Shown here: piece after piece, positions 48,563-62,159 of the stretch
Position numbering within the stretch: the stretch's first letter is position 1
Layout: every line of letters starts with the position of its first letter
From: Rhodosorus marinus CCMP1338
Taxonomy: Eukaryota; Plantae; Rhodophyta
DNA length: 64,000 bases
Assembly (NCBI GenBank): GCA_029953675.1
Contig: JAMWBK010000001.1
Span: 558,001 to 622,000, forward strand
Direction: 5' to 3'
Position numbers and translations under genes: made by a program
The notes under the pieces: generated by a model
What the model was told of the DNA's origin: nothing
Database searches by the model: none
The model's input: only the letters and a program-made list of their open reading frames with translations

Positions 48563-51236
48563 ATGGTTGGGAGGAAGTGGTGGACGGTAATTAACGGGAA
48601 GAAGATGACCGCATTTGGTATGAACCGTCGGGCTTCTTTTGTGGGGGTTTCAGGGATCATTTTGGTCCTCCTAGCGCTGGTATGGAGGAGCCACAGGGCT
48701 CCTGTCTCAGAGCAAGCGCTATCCGGTGAGGACGAACAGGCGATGGTGATAGAGGTTGCAGGTGGAGAGTTTGTTGAGTTCCGTCAGAGTGACAAGCTTT
48801 TTAATGTGTCGGCTGAGGTTGCACGGAAGGAGGTGGTAGAGGCAATGAAACACGCTTGGGGTTCATACGTGAAGTGAGTTGTGTTATCTTCTTTTCAACC
48901 CCTTTTTTTTTCCGCTCTCAACGCTTGGCTGCGCTTTTTTTCGGTGCTACGATTTCAGACATGCGTGGGGGAAGGATGAACTGGCTCCTCTCTCAAGAGT
49001 AGGAGTGGAGACGTTTGGGGGCTGCACTGGAATCACAATCGTGGACGCAGCAGATAGTTTGTATATTATGGGGCTGAAAGAAGAATTCGAGAAAGCCCGC
49101 TCGTGGATTGCTGGAGTGGATTTCAATTGCGTTGATGAGGATGTCTCTGCATTCGAGACTACGATTAGATCGCTTGGCGGGCTTATGTCTCTGTACGAAT
49201 TAACGGGTAAGCTTTGAGAATTCTGTAGGGGAAAATGTATTTCCGCCAATTCGCACTGTGCAGTCGGCAGATTGGAATTTGTCGTCAGGGATCAGAGCTG
49301 AAAATGATCCTGTGACTTGTGTATGTGCAAATAGATGACAAGGTTTTTCTCGAGAAGGCGGAGAGTTTAGGAAATTCGCTGAGGCATTCGTTCGATGAGA
49401 AACATACGGTGCCTTCAAACTCCTGCAATTTGAAACAGAAGGATTGTCACGTTGGTTCGAGGGCGAGCATTGCAGGAATTGGGACCTCTCAGCTCGAGTG
49501 GAGAGCTTTGGCATACCACACGAGGTAAGAAAATCCGATCCGAGGCTTTATGCAGCATTGCGTGACTGTTGTAGGAACCCCGTCGTCCGCTCCCTTCCCA
49601 GATCTTCTGTGCCTTGCGTCTCACTCGCTTCGTCGAACACGCTGCAGTAACCAAAGCGTGCTTAGACCCAGCCACACCATCAGAGCATCAAAACTCTCTC
49701 TTCCTTATCGAGCGATGGCCAATCAAACCCATGCCGGTCGCTAACCTACCCCCGGGCGCCTTTTCCGCGCTCTATGTCTTCAGGAAACGAGAACTTAAGC
49801 AGGCAGCCAAAGAAAGCCAGTGCGTGATGATGGGCCTAATGAACGCCTCTCCTCCAGCCAAACTAGCGCCGACCAACGTCTCACCTGCTCACTATGACGA
49901 GAGGGATCTTACTGGTAAGGTCCTATGACGAGCGCGGTGCTCTTCAATACGTTTTCCAAGCCATGCCTTGGGCTTCCCAGACTTCTTACGGATGCTTTGC
50001 CCTTCCATGTTTATCGCCAAACTCAGGTGGAGAACTTGATAAGCTATGTCCCAACCATAGACACTTTCGGCTGTCCGGAAACGCGAGAACCGGTGCTGAG
50101 GGTGACTCCTATTATGAGTACCTTCTGAAGGTAGGTCACTGGTTGCAACCAGAAGCGATCCTTGTCGCTAAGGAACGTAGAAGGACCTGCAACGTAAACA
50201 GCTTGTGTGATGTTTGGGTGTTGATCCAGGTATATCTGCAAGGAGGATCGAGTGAAGGGTTCTATAGGGAGGAATTTGATCGACAGGTCAGAATGCTTTT
50301 TGAGCATCATGTCGAATATGAGTGGCCAGTTCGTCTCTATGATCGAAAGGGCGATGCGATGCAGCATTTGGCTTGCTTTTTCCCAGGTGCAATCGCACTA
50401 GGTGTGATGACGAACAGGTCAGCCCACGAATTCCCAACTTCTAGAAATTCAATCGTGCTCGCTCTCTCGAGCTACTAACTGCCCGTATCGAGGCAATCGA
50501 CCAGTGAGCTAGCTGATCACCTTGGTTGACGTAAGCGTACTCGGCTTTTTGTGTTGCGCGAACTGTAGGGGTTCGCTGTCTGAGGGACAGACTAAAAAGT
50601 GGACGGAGATAGCTGAAGGTGTAGCTGAATCTTGCTACCTTATGTATCACATAACTGATTCTGGTCTGAGCGGCGATAGTTCCGATTTGAACCCTAAGGG
50701 AGCTCGAAGCTACGGACCGTACCTCCAGAGACCTGAAGTGATTGAGGTAGGGGCCCTTAGACCTTACGTGAATGGGTCTTTTGTGGGCTTTAGTTGCTCC
50801 GCTTTGGCTGAACCGGCGTTGTTTTACATCTTCTGTGAGCTAGGCACAGTTTTACCTCTGGAGACACACAAAGGATCCAAAGTACCGCGCCTACGCGTGG
50901 AAAATATTTGAGGTACGTTTTGATGTCCTTCAGCAGCTCCTCAGAGAGGAGCGATTCCCTAACGCAGTTGCTTCGCTGTGATCACACCCTGGTCACCCCG
51001 TTTAGGCAATTCAAAAACACACCAAAGTCCCCGCGGGATACTGCGGCCTTGCGACCGTGAACGGCCCCAGTCCTACGAAGAAGGACTCCATGGAGTCCTT
51101 CTTCCTGGCCGAAACGTTGAAGTACTTGTATCTGATCTTCTCAGACGATGATGTATTACCTCTCGATGAGTGGGTCTTCAACACGGAAGCCCATCCTCTC
51201 AAGATACGTGACGATCTGGTCTCGAAATTGGCCTGA
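48563..51236 (+). CDS. Class I alpha-1,2-mannosidase (GH47), type II membrane protein; multi-exon
   Basis: N-terminal TM anchor; [89 protein letters not shown] and WVFNTEAHP. Confidence 0.95.
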
Positions 51237-52255
51237 AATTTAACTTCCCCAAACAAGTCGCTGAGTTTGTTTTTGTATAAGTGCTTTTCTAAACTAATTC
51301 GACAGTGCGAATTCTTCGGTCGAGCATGATGTTTGGTCAAATGGCTACTAGAGCTTCAGGGAACTTGATTCGGGAGGACTGGATTGAAGCAGTTTTGAAG
51401 TGAGTGAATTCCGGACGATAGGTGCTCCCAGGTCGACCATCGAAGTCGACCTCTGAAAATATTAGTCTTGTTGAGCCTGTTCTCGACCTGCTGGGATGGT
51501 GTGATATTCTGTAGAGGCAAATGAAGCACATTTGTGAGACAATTAAACTTCATCCGATCCATTGATCTTGATAGTGTGATAGGATGCGGCGACATCATTC
51601 TGGTGCGCTCGTAGCTGATTTGAACGACAGAAAACCTTGGGTACTATTATTTGCAGCCAGACCCTAAATCGACCTCGACCGTCATCATTGCAAGTTGATC
51701 AGAACCCCAACACCTAGTTGATTCTAAGAACGTAAATCCCCGTTAATTTTGCACTCTTGGAAGATAGAAGATAACCTCCTGCCGTTTCGGAATTCGAATT
51801 TCAAAAGAAACGCCAAAAACCAGTGAATTTCCGAAAAACTTCAAATGATTTCCCGGGGGTAAAAGAATATTATCGGGTTTGCTTTCTTGTAGTACGGTGT
51901 TGGCTATTCAGTTTCTATTTTCAGATTCGGCGCTGCCATGGCGTGTCTGCTGCGGCCTTCCTGAGTGAGCTACCGACTCCATATTGCTTCTTGTTCTTGT
52001 AATGGGGGTATTTTCCGCCTTCGAATTTTTTTGCCGTGGGATCCACTCAAATAGAAAAGAGGTTTTGCTATGCAGAGAATTCTTAATCAAAAAAATAAAT
52101 ACTGAGAGTATAGTGCACGTGGGCCAGTCGGCACAATAAGGTGTTCAACAAAAGCCCGCTTACGTAGCCAACGTATCAGGGCAGGACAGAGTCACCTTGC
52201 CATGGCGCAAAAAATCATTCTGACCCTGGTGACAATTATCCAGTTCTACAATCCT

Positions 52256-53110
52256 TCAGCTCTTCAGGTCCGACGGCTTGCTGATTTCTTTTCTCCTGCT
52301 CTCGAGTCCCTGTACACGAGATTGTAATCGGCTAACCGCAGTTTGAAGCTCGTCAAGATCCTTCTGAAGATCCCTAATCTGAGTCTACGGAAAGCAAACC
52401 AAAAACAACGTCAACTCACTGCCCATCTTTCGTAGGAGGAGAATGACCGTGATCAAGCTACTTACCAGTTTGGGATACTCCGGGGTCACTTTTTCTTCAT
52501 GCCGAGAGGCTTTCGAGCTCTTCTCCAAGTCGGCTGTGTCATCTGTTTCCTCTTGCGCCCGCTGTCGCTTCGCGCCTTTTTGCTCTTTCTTCTGCCCTGG
52601 ACGAACTGCGACTTCACTGGCCGCCAGCAGTGTGGCGATTCCTGTTCCATCTTCCTTTTTCTTGCTACCCGATTCCTCCTTTTTCTTGTCCGCTGGCGAG
52701 TCAGTGGGTGCAGACTTGGATTTCTTCTCGCCGTTGCTCTTCCTGGACACTAGCATCGCCTTGCCGCCGGTCATTTCGCTAAGGACAGCTTTTCTCCTCG
52801 GTTTACTCGGGGCTGCCTTTGTTTCTTTCTCCACGTCCACCAGAACTATCACCGCTGGTGTGTTTCCATGTGCAAAGCCCTCTGCATCCGGCAGGGTTCT
52901 CTCATCACGAGCCAAGTATCGATGCAGAGTAGATTTCGAAACACCGTACTTCGTCGCCGCATTGCGAACACTTAGCTTCGTCCCGTGCTCCCTATTCTGC
53001 TTAATCGCAGCGATAGCTTGCATAATAGACTCCCGATTATGTGCCCGTTCGGACACAGAGAGGTCACCTTTCATTTCCACGAGCCGGCCATCCAATGCCT
53101 GGGTGACCAT
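52256..53110 (-). CDS. HTH psq/CENP-B-type DNA-binding protein with Lys-rich linker and C-terminal coiled coil
   Basis: AIAAIKQNREHGTKLSVRNAATKYGVSKSTLHRYL is a psq-type HTH. After a GT-AG intron the last exon reads TQIRDLQKDLDELQTAVSRLQSRVQGLESRRKE... to a stop at 52256. The true 5' end is uncertain. Confidence 0.8.
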
Positions 53111-56100
53111 ATCGACGTATTTACCTCAGTTCAACCACCACCCGACGCTGCAGTACAACAAGCCACTACCCCAAAACCCTCAAAACTCACTGTCTCACTT
53201 CCCTCGTACTAGCACTCCAATACTACTATCCAACCTCATTCCCCACCCTCCACAAGCCAACTGCACCGTGCACAGCGTCAGTTTTGCTCACACCCTCACG
53301 TAGACCCTTCTTCCTCAACCGCTCCTTCCCCCTGTGTTCACCACATGCCCCGAGGTCTTCCACCCAACACCTCGAAGCACCCAAGCACGACCGTATAAAG
53401 CAAACCAAACCCAGTCCCTCCTCGTACTCGAAAGCAAATCCCGCAAAAAACAGTTCTCAGACACCAACCCTGGATAGTACCTAGTTGTATCGTTTCACAA
53501 ACTTGCTACTTATCTCTTTCCAACAGCCCTAACCATCATCTCAACACATTAAAAACAGAAATTTTCGGTCTCACCCACTCCCTCACCACCACCAACACCC
53601 CACACCCGTTGTCCACTCCTCCCTCGTCCTCCGTGACTACCCCTACCTGTGTACTAACACACACAACCTATATGAAACAAGAAAATAAAGGCGTTTCAAT
53701 CCGGATGAACCGAAACCTAAGAGAAACCAAAGCAAAATAATTGCGTGTGTGTATTTCTTTTCCAAAGATTCTTTCTTTCTTTTGTAACAACAACAACAAA
53801 AATGCTATAAAAAAAAAGGAAGGTGGAACCCCGTTTGTTTTTATTTGAAAGAAGAATAAAACCATCTCCTGGAAGAAGACGAAAACACGAAGCTTTACTC
53901 CAAAACGAAGTCGGAGATGGGGGGGGGGGGGCGGGGTTGATCCTTTTTTTTTTGGAAACTCATATACCATTAATTCATATAAAATTCTTACATTAAATGT
54001 TCAACGAGTCGTTTTCTACCCTTCTACTTGTGAGACGAAAGTTGTGGCAGAAAACTGCGAGATATCTTGTTTTGTTGTACTTTCAGCTACACCTTCACTG
54101 TCGAACGGTCTCCTTGCAAAAAAACAGCAAAGCTTACCCCTAAGATACTCTAGAGAGATTCGCCATAAAATTATATATTTTCAAGATGAAGAATTGCATC
54201 CACAAAAAAATAGGGGAAGGAGCGGTTTATGTTAGTAGCAAACACTGGATCTCGGAGGCGTACTACTTCCACGTTCTAGACTTTTGCGCTGGGCCAAGAG
54301 AGGCTGACCCAGTAAAGGCGGAGGTGGAGAAGTACTAGGGGTTGGAGTAAATTTACAGTTTCGTATTCCTCGGGAGAGGAGCCACTACAATACTAGGGGT
54401 AGTACTATCGAATTATTTTGAAATAGTGGACTATTAATACTGAAATCTTTCTCAAGTAAAACAGAAGATATACTAACAACCCCCTTTCATTTTCATATCA
54501 AGATTCAATACTCAACCCTCAAAAAGGCTAAGGCCGGCCCTGCATGGAAAGGAAAGGGTGGCGTTTCACTTATACGAATTAACTACCCCTTGGGGACCGT
54601 ATCCGAACATCCCAATAAAGTCAATAAAATCTCGAGGAGGGAAATATCAAAAATTTCTTCAGCCAGAACTGTCCCATCGGTCGAATCTTTTCCCTATTTC
54701 TTTGTTTCTCATTGGGTAAAAGAATTTCCTTTTCGCGAGAGAGGGGGGGTAATTTTCCACTCCGGAAATGCGATGTGCGTAAAAAGTACTAGAATTGATA
54801 ATTTGGCTCGATTTATCACCGTATTGGATATTTACTCGGTGCCCCTGCATTTTTTCTACGGGAGGTAGGAATCTTCCGTGCTGTACCACTCGGAAGGAAA
54901 AGTGGATCTCTGCCGCTCCCACAAGCCATTTGTCCTTTTTTTTTGTTTTTGTCTTGTGCGCCCCTCGAAATAGAGATCGGATAGCAGTTTAATAGGCAAA
55001 AGCTAATTAAATTACTAAAAACCAGAAATCATTCGTGACCTGGAAAATGCAAAAATTTTATGATACGGGTCAAGAGGTGATTTCGTCCAGAAACAGACCC
55101 GGTGGAAGATCGGCGTTAGGTTTCACCAAAAAATTGACCGGGCGATAGCTGACAACGGTATATTTTGCTGTTGATTGGAGCAAGGCGGTAGTTCATATGC
55201 ATATCATTGGATATTACATTGGACCCATTCACCCTTAGTCCAATCAAGAGAAATTTTTATTCTCCTCTTCCTCAGTGGTTGGTCAACTACTGGAAATCTC
55301 ATTCATTCGCAGAGATCTTTTACTTTCAACACAACGATTGGTTTAAGCAGGACTTCAAGCGTTGGAAGCTTCCTGATCTAATATCGAGTAGCAGAGTATC
55401 ACTCGACAGCCGCCGCCAGTGCAGCACGTGGGAAGCTGGACCCCAAAAAGGAAGGAATACGCGAAAACGGAAACAGGCGGTGAGGCAAAAAAAAACTGGT
55501 GCCAAAAGATGCCAAGAAAACCCTATGCATCCCATGCTAGAAAAAAATTTGTACTCAGTTGCCGCCGCGAGAGGGGGTTCATTATTTATGTGACTTTTAT
55601 ATATTGGGATAGTTGAAAGTTGGGACGTGTAACTCTCACGCACTAACTGACTAGGGTTACGTAGCCGAGCTCGCACATGGGTTTGTTTTACCTTTTTTTA
55701 GGGGAAGAAGAATTGAGAATGTCGGATTTACGACGTCGATGTCCCAGCGGATTAGAAAGGGTGACCTAAAAATATCGTTGCCGCGAGGTCGCGGCAAAAA
55801 ACCTGGTCAATTGAATGCTTTTGGTAGTCGGTGAGCGAGATGACGACTTTTGGGCCGGACGGGGTAAAATTGAGTCCGAGGTGCGGTGGAAGAGCTTCCG
55901 CGACACCCGGTTCATTGCGTAGGCGACAAACATACGATTTCAGACAATATAGAATTGACCCTCAACCCCAGGATCGACGTGTTCGGCCGAAATAGTTTGC
56001 CTGGTCTGGTCGGTGTCCTCCTAGGTCAATATTCGAGGCTCTGCTGCAGCTTGCTAGTGCCACGTCTCCTGTGCCTATCCCCCTTTGAGGCCCTCCAGGG

Positions 56101-56749
56101 CCACGCTCGCTCGATCGTTTCCGCCTGCGGAGGGTTGCTGGTGATGACCCTCCCGCAGTTAGGCAACAGATCCATCTTTGTTTCGGCTGCCACTTGGTAG
56201 TCCGATACATGACGTCGATCTGTCAAAAAACAACCGACGTCCCAAATCTCCTCCCACCCTTGGCACCAAGGGGTTGGACCCCACAGGTTGGATCCATTCT
56301 TCAAAGCAATGTGCTCCTTACTCGTTTCCTACCTTCTCGTTAATCTTTCTCGACTTCATTGATATTAGCGATCTCCAATTTCTTTGATAGGCTCCAAGCA
56401 TCAGATCGCGGGGGAACTACAGATCGAGGGGCGCAAAGAGGACACACCCAAAACAGGCGGTACAGCGTGGAAAGTATGACACCTGAGAGACTCAAATATT
56501 CTGCTAGCTCCACGCTAACCTATTGAGCTATTCGGTCGCAGCACAGCAATCTATTCCTCCGTAGCCTTCCGCAAAAAGGCGCGGAGGTGCAATCGATAGC
56601 TTTCCCTCCCGTTCGCGGGCGCGAGCCTTTTTATTACCAGCTCTTTTGGCTGATGTTTGTGCTCCCAATCCTATTTCTAGCGTTTGTTCTACTACTTCAG
56701 ACTAGTAGCAGTGAGCTAGTGTGTAGGACGGAGTTTCTGGAGGACTGGT

Positions 56750-56920
56750 TAGGTGAGGAATATCAGCGCCGCGTTATGAACGAGGCGCATCATCGCCTTC
56801 CCCGGACTCATAGCGGGAAAATGTCGAGAACGCAAATGGAAGCGCTCAGATGACATCTACCCTGTGGAGGTACAGACAGATTTTGATGTCTTCATTAGAG
56901 CTTTAACCTGCGTGGATGAA
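56750..56920 (+). mobile_element. Possible retrotransposon integrase zinc-binding (H2C2) relic
   Basis: EEYQRRVMNEAHH...HSGK then, after a frameshift, IYPVEVQTDFDVFIRALTC. This loosely follows the I..EAH...GH.G...YWP.M..DV..FVR.C pattern. Weak. Confidence 0.3.
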
Positions 56921-57538
56921 ACTGTTTCTTGATGCTCTGAAAAAAACGGCATCCGAACTGGCCTGAATAGGCAGAACAAGAGTCAAGCCTTCAAAAACGG
57001 ATGAACATTGTGAAAAAAGTGGACAAAGCTAAATTTGAGACTGACCAAATTTGGAAAAATAGAGTGCAATCCTTTTTTTTGAGACAAAATTATTTACTTT
57101 GTGTAAAAATTCTAAAACCATCTATTTGATTGGGACACAACTAAATTAGCTAGCTCAAAGTACCTAGTGACTGAAGAGATATTATACTCTAACTTGGGAC
57201 GCCGAGCCTCAACGGGACGCCGAGACTCAATCCCTTCCTACCCGCGAACTTCTGTTCTTGTCGAAATTCAGAGTTCTTGTATGTGTGCGAAATAAGTGTT
57301 GCTTGACGTCCTTGGGAAAAGCGCTTTTTTGTCCATTTCGACGTGTTACCAACATACAGTTGTGTTGACGACGGAACGAAATCGACAACGTTGCACAACT
57401 ATTTCCAAATTTTTCAGTGGATTAGTATTGCTTTTACAGGATGCAACGAACATGGTCATCAATTTTCGCGCTTTGTCAGTGCCGGCGCGCGAGTGGCATA
57501 ACAGTAGCCATATAAATAGAAACTAGTAGTTACTATGA

Positions 57539-59122
57539 TTAGGTATCCACGCCCACCGTCCGAGACAGGTCATCAGAAACTTTCGATGCTTCACTTCTTG
57601 TGTTGCAAGACGTAGTGTCATCTTTGACAATATCAGCCTGATATTTAGTGTTCTTCCTCCGCCACCCAGGGAGCAGGTCCAGCTTCTGATGATTTCGAAT
57701 CTTTTGTACCCAGCCATTCAACGGGGGCACAGACACCACAAATTTCAACAGCATTGCCAAACCCAGCATTGCCGTCAAATAAATTGCGCACAATGGAGCG
57801 GCGTTGGCATATCCATTACCTTCCGCAGCTAGGTCAAGTTGAATGACCAAGACACATACTACATGAGCCAAAGTGAAACTCACTACACCATATCCGATGT
57901 ATACAAATACGAAGCGGAATTCTGCCCACGTGAAATGGCCTGACACAGTCGTATTTGAACATGAAGACATCACGAAGAATAGCACAAATGCTATGATGCC
58001 GAAGACGGGTGCCAATTGGTTCTCGATCTGCATTCCCGTTGGCTGATCTCCCTTGCATGCCATAATTACATGGGGAATTGCCACCACGAATGCGAGCAGT
58101 CCCAGCTGTTTTCGAATCCCAAGCCATGTACCAAACCACGCTGGGAAGGGACGCGTTGCGGTTCCTCGGAAGAGCTGCCAAAATGCGGCAATTGGACCAG
58201 GTAGAAAGGTAAGTGCTAAGAGCCCAGCTGATACATCTCCAGTTACAATGAGGAACGCCTTCGTGGGATAGTTCATCCATGACGATGGCCCTGTCACCCA
58301 ATAGGCAATGGTAATGTACAGCAGGAAGATGAAGCTTAAGACAAGCCCGATCGTGCAGGCAATTTTCCAACCTTCAAAGAAACTGTGCACTGCTCCCTCC
58401 TGCCCCTTCGCTGCGTCGAGGTCTCCGAGATGCATCACATCGAAACCCATACGTCGAGCCATGAGCGCGACAGCGCCCTTTGCGGACTCACTGTCCCCCG
58501 AAATCATGCACGCTTTAGTAGTGGCTCCTGGATTGTTCCTCGGCTGGGAGAGCGTGTAAGCAGAGATGTTGTTGAATGCCTTGACGACATCAGCGTTGAT
58601 CTCGTTATGTTTCAACTCTTTGTCAAGGATCTTCGCTATGGACCTATTGCAACTCTCGCTGTCGCCTCGCCTGAACCGCGCTTTTAGTCCCTCCCAAACG
58701 GTTCTCGGCGGAGAATTCGATACGTCCACAATTATCAATCCTTCTAAACGGCTCCCAAGTCGTTCGACAACAGCCGCATGATCTTCCACTCGCATCGCCA
58801 TGATAATGATATCCGCACCGGCCACAGCTTCCTCATAACTCATCACGGGGCATGGTAAAGGAAAACCCCGCGGATCTATCCTTTTTCTTCTCGAGCCCAT
58901 GACAACCTCCACTCCAGAATTGCTCTGCACCAACCTCTCCGCGAACGCTGCTCCATAAGCACCGGTGCCCAACACGGCGACCCGCTCTAACTGCCTTGGC
59001 GATCTGCCACCTCCATTCTCCGGGGTCGAACCTCCTCCATTCTCGAGGTCCAAGACCATGGATGAAAACATGGATGGGTCCATACTTCCATATGGATTTT
59101 GCATGTTTCCTACCCTGTCCAT
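57539..59122 (-). CDS. STEAP: STEAP-like metalloreductase (NADPH oxidoreductase domain + 6-TM ferric reductase domain), intronless
   Basis: VAVLGTGAYG, MGSRR, IIVDVSN, VVKAFNNISAY, ISGDS, WLGIRKQLGLL, and putative haem-ligand His in IPHV and LAHV. Single 527-aa ORF. Confidence 0.9.
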   Translation of the reverse strand: MDRVGNMQNPYGSMDPSMFSSMVLDLENGGGSTPENGGGRSPRQLERVAVLGTGAYGAAFAERLVQSNSGVEVVMGSRRKRIDPRGFPLPCPVMSYEEAVAGADIIIMAMRVEDHAAVVERLGSRLEGLIIVDVSNSPPRTVWEGLKARFRRGDSESCNRSIAKILDKELKHNEINADVVKAFNNISAYTLSQPRNNPGATTKACMISGDSESAKGAVALMARRMGFDVMHLGDLDAAKGQEGAVHSFFEGWKIACTIGLVLSFIFLLYITIAYWVTGPSSWMNYPTKAFLIVTGDVSAGLLALTFLPGPIAAFWQLFRGTATRPFPAWFGTWLGIRKQLGLLAFVVAIPHVIMACKGDQPTGMQIENQLAPVFGIIAFVLFFVMSSCSNTTVSGHFTWAEFRFVFVYIGYGVVSFTLAHVVCVLVIQLDLAAEGNGYANAAPLCAIYLTAMLGLAMLLKFVVSVPPLNGWVQKIRNHQKLDLLPGWRRKNTKYQADIVKDDTTSCNTRSEASKVSDDLSRTVGVDT

Positions 59123-62100
59123 CGTGCTAGAACTATCGGTGCGAGGTCTGACGAAAAAAGATCGATCCTCTTATAGTCGCCTGCAGGCGTTCAAGACTAG
59201 TTTATTCGTAGTCCTCTAAAAATTAGATGCTAAGATTAATCAACGACAGACTCTTCCCAAGCGCCTCAAATATTCCGGCCTTTCCCCGCGATTGCCTACT
59301 CAACCGCGAAACCCTGCTTATCCTCACCCCGCCCTTTCCAACCCCCTTTTCGCACGACGTGACCGATGAGTGAAAAGGCAAACGCAAGAGCGCACAGACA
59401 AACCTCACACAAACGACTATTACGAGACCTTTCCCCCCCTCCCCTCTCCTCTTCAAGCAGTCAGTAGAAATCGTTTTTCCCTCAGGAATTCACTACACCT
59501 TGCACGTCGCATACCACAATTCCCAGCTCTTTATATACCTTTTTCCGTCCACCCCAGCTGCCACCACCCACCCCACCAACAGCACAATAATAGACCCTGC
59601 TTCACAACACTTCCACCAGCATATGCTACATTAAGCTTCCTGACCAAATGCCAAAAAAAAAAAAGGTCCACCATCGCCATCGGCTCTCTCAACCTACATG
59701 AGCAACATACTCGCATCTACAAGAAAACCCACCCGTTGCCCGTCATGTTTCCCACTCGTGAAAAACTATATTTTCATGACATTGAAATCAAGAAGAAAAA
59801 TAGACCTTCCCTAACGAACCTTGTCCACCGTTCCAAAATATATTTCCTGAAATAATATTTCGGAAAAATATGCTGGAACGTCGTACTGACTGTTCCATAA
59901 ATACAATTTTCATGATAATTTCATTAACCAACCAAAAAGTAGCCAAGAATTGAGATAGGGAAGAGGAATTTGAATAGAAATCCAATACTTTCCGTCTTTT
60001 TAATCGTTTTTTTTGCAAATCAAAAAATTAAAACTTCGGTTTTTTGGTTTATCTTATTTTTTATTCCTAAATTTCATTGCTGGTGTTGACACGGGTTCCC
60101 CCTTTACCGAATTATTATTCTTTTTCAAAATTGGGACGAAAGCCAAGGGCAACCAACATCTTTCTTGGGAAAGAGAGAGGGAGGGGGGGGAGGAGGGAGG
60201 AGTCGGTAGTTTCAGTTCGTCTTGTAAAGATTTTTCATAAGAAAAATCAATTTGTACAAGTTTGCAAGTGTGTGGATTTGAGGGAGTGGGAGGGGGGTAG
60301 GAGGGTAAAGCCCTTTTTTGGTTGTTGGCATGCATGTTTTAAAATAAATTCTTTGAACACACATTCGCTTAGAACTTCTAGATTGGTTCCAACTGACTTG
60401 ATTCTTGATTAGTAATAGGGGCTTTTTCAACGGAGAACGAATCTTGCAATATCTAGTAAAGGGGGTGTAAGGAGCCGCCTTTTATGAATATGTAGTCTAT
60501 TCTGCTCTCTTTTTCTGATTGTCGCGGTGTATATGATATTTGCATCTCAGACCAGATTATCGAATTCGCTTTCCTATTGTAAAAATAATTTGCAGTAGTG
60601 ATGAGAATTTCGTCCCGTTGCGACGATATCCTTCAAAACATATAATATTTTGTGAGGTCGAATTTGTTTTGCTTTTGTAAAAACAATTTTTGGGGGTCCG
60701 ATGAGAATTTTGTCCCGATTGACACGACATCAGAATATATAAAACAAATTTGCGGCCATCCGATTTAAGTGCTTTTTGCGAGGAGGACAAAATGAGGTCC
60801 TCGTCGTCCTCTGACACATTTTACGCCTCAGAACGATCTGAAGGGCACCAGATATATATCCGATTCAAGAAATACGACCTTCACTGGTCGTCCCAAGGTC
60901 TAATTTTGATAAAATTTTAATACAACCAAGAGGGGGATCCCCATCCTGCTCTTGTAAGGGGGGATGAGGATCCGAGGTTTGTAAATGGCAGGCCACTCCG
61001 CCAGACGTTTCGGGTTTGGCGGTTGCTAGCTTTTAGGGAGGGTGGGGATTGTCGTCCGACTTGTTTACGATGAGCTCCAGTGAGGGGGGTGCGGCATTGT
61101 ACCCTTCCGAAACTTGGACCCCTCACCACTTCCATTCAAATTAACTGTCCGGGGGTGTTCACAAAAAAAAGGATTACACTGTAGAGGCATCTCGTCCGAA
61201 CTTAAACTCCTCGGGTCTGTCCCCAACCCCCCCCTCGGAAGAGTAGATAAACCTAGGCTCCGGGACCGTCTCCCCCCTTGCTACCATGTATGTGGTTAGC
61301 CGAGAACATCCAAAAGCCATTTTCCACAGCGCTGGCTCTGTTGTGTATCATCTGTCATCAACTAGAAGAATTAATTCAGAGCCTATATCTACCCTGACGA
61401 ACGGAATGGGAGACGCTGATGACCCTCGTCCAAAAACGGAGCGGCATTCGAACGCCAGAGAGAGATGATCAACGATTGTGGATATCGGCGGTGCCACCCC
61501 AAGGGGGGTTGCAGATTAACAGTATGGAAGCCGGTGGCCGTTGTCTGTTATTCTACAAATATTGAAATACGTACTTAAGACCAAGGAAAGTTGCTTCGAA
61601 AAAGGAGACGAGGTGCGGGGTGGAGAATATTCTTGCACTCACTCAAGCGCTTTGACACCGCCATAGAAGAAAATCCTGAAATACCTCCGGAGCTGCATAC
61701 CCGGTAGCCGGCGCATCCTGTAATTTTAATCAAAATTCATGGACGGACCCTACAACAACTTGAATTATTGTTTTGAAGAAATCCGGTCTCTGTTCATATT
61801 TGTTTTTATTTTTTAGGTTTCGTGCACGTTGATATTTTTCCCGTGGCTGACCAAATTCTTTAGGGATGGTCTAAAAGTATATGGACTAAACCTGTGACTT
61901 TGTTATTAATATGGTAGATATATGGCCTTAAGTACGTCTAGATTTTGATGAGCCAAAAAGGGGCTCTAACTCATGGGCAGGTGGGGTGCCGACAAGCCAG
62001 CCAGACATTAGTGATATGTTATCCTCCTCGAAAATGTGGCTAACCTCCCTTTATGGCTCGCAAGGCGCTGTCAGAATGCCATGTTTTTGCCGGAGACTGT

Positions 62101-62159
62101 GCGCCTCTGGATGTATTTGAGTACGGACCCATTCACAAGCTGTGGAAGCCTACTGGTAC

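Noticed and set aside
49525-49919. Apparent ~395-nt GH47 intron hosting a C/D snoRNA (GTGATGA near 49825)
   Set aside because: The C-box-like sequence falls in a plausible coding exon (about 49784-49914, [11 protein letters not shown]...), and there is no matching D box.
52443-53303. 286-aa plus-strand ORF (also 18250-18741, 34024-34524, 44017-44454 and 26085-26546)
   Set aside because: Antisense shadows of well-supported minus-strand genes, with no recognisable motifs.
55207-55593. 128-aa ORF with an aromatic-rich N-half (NYWKSHS resembles hAT WWK motifs)
   Set aside because: Starts at a non-ATG codon, the similarity is only a few residues, and no supporting motifs follow.
55886-56304. SPFEALQG (plus strand) and YRTTKWQP (minus strand) as integrase fragments
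   Set aside because: The matches lie on opposite strands and in inconsistent order, which is compatible with chance.
60935-60973. Hairpin GGATCCCCATCC...GGATGAGGATCC
   Set aside because: An isolated 12-bp stem with no TSD or partner terminus; probably part of TE debris.
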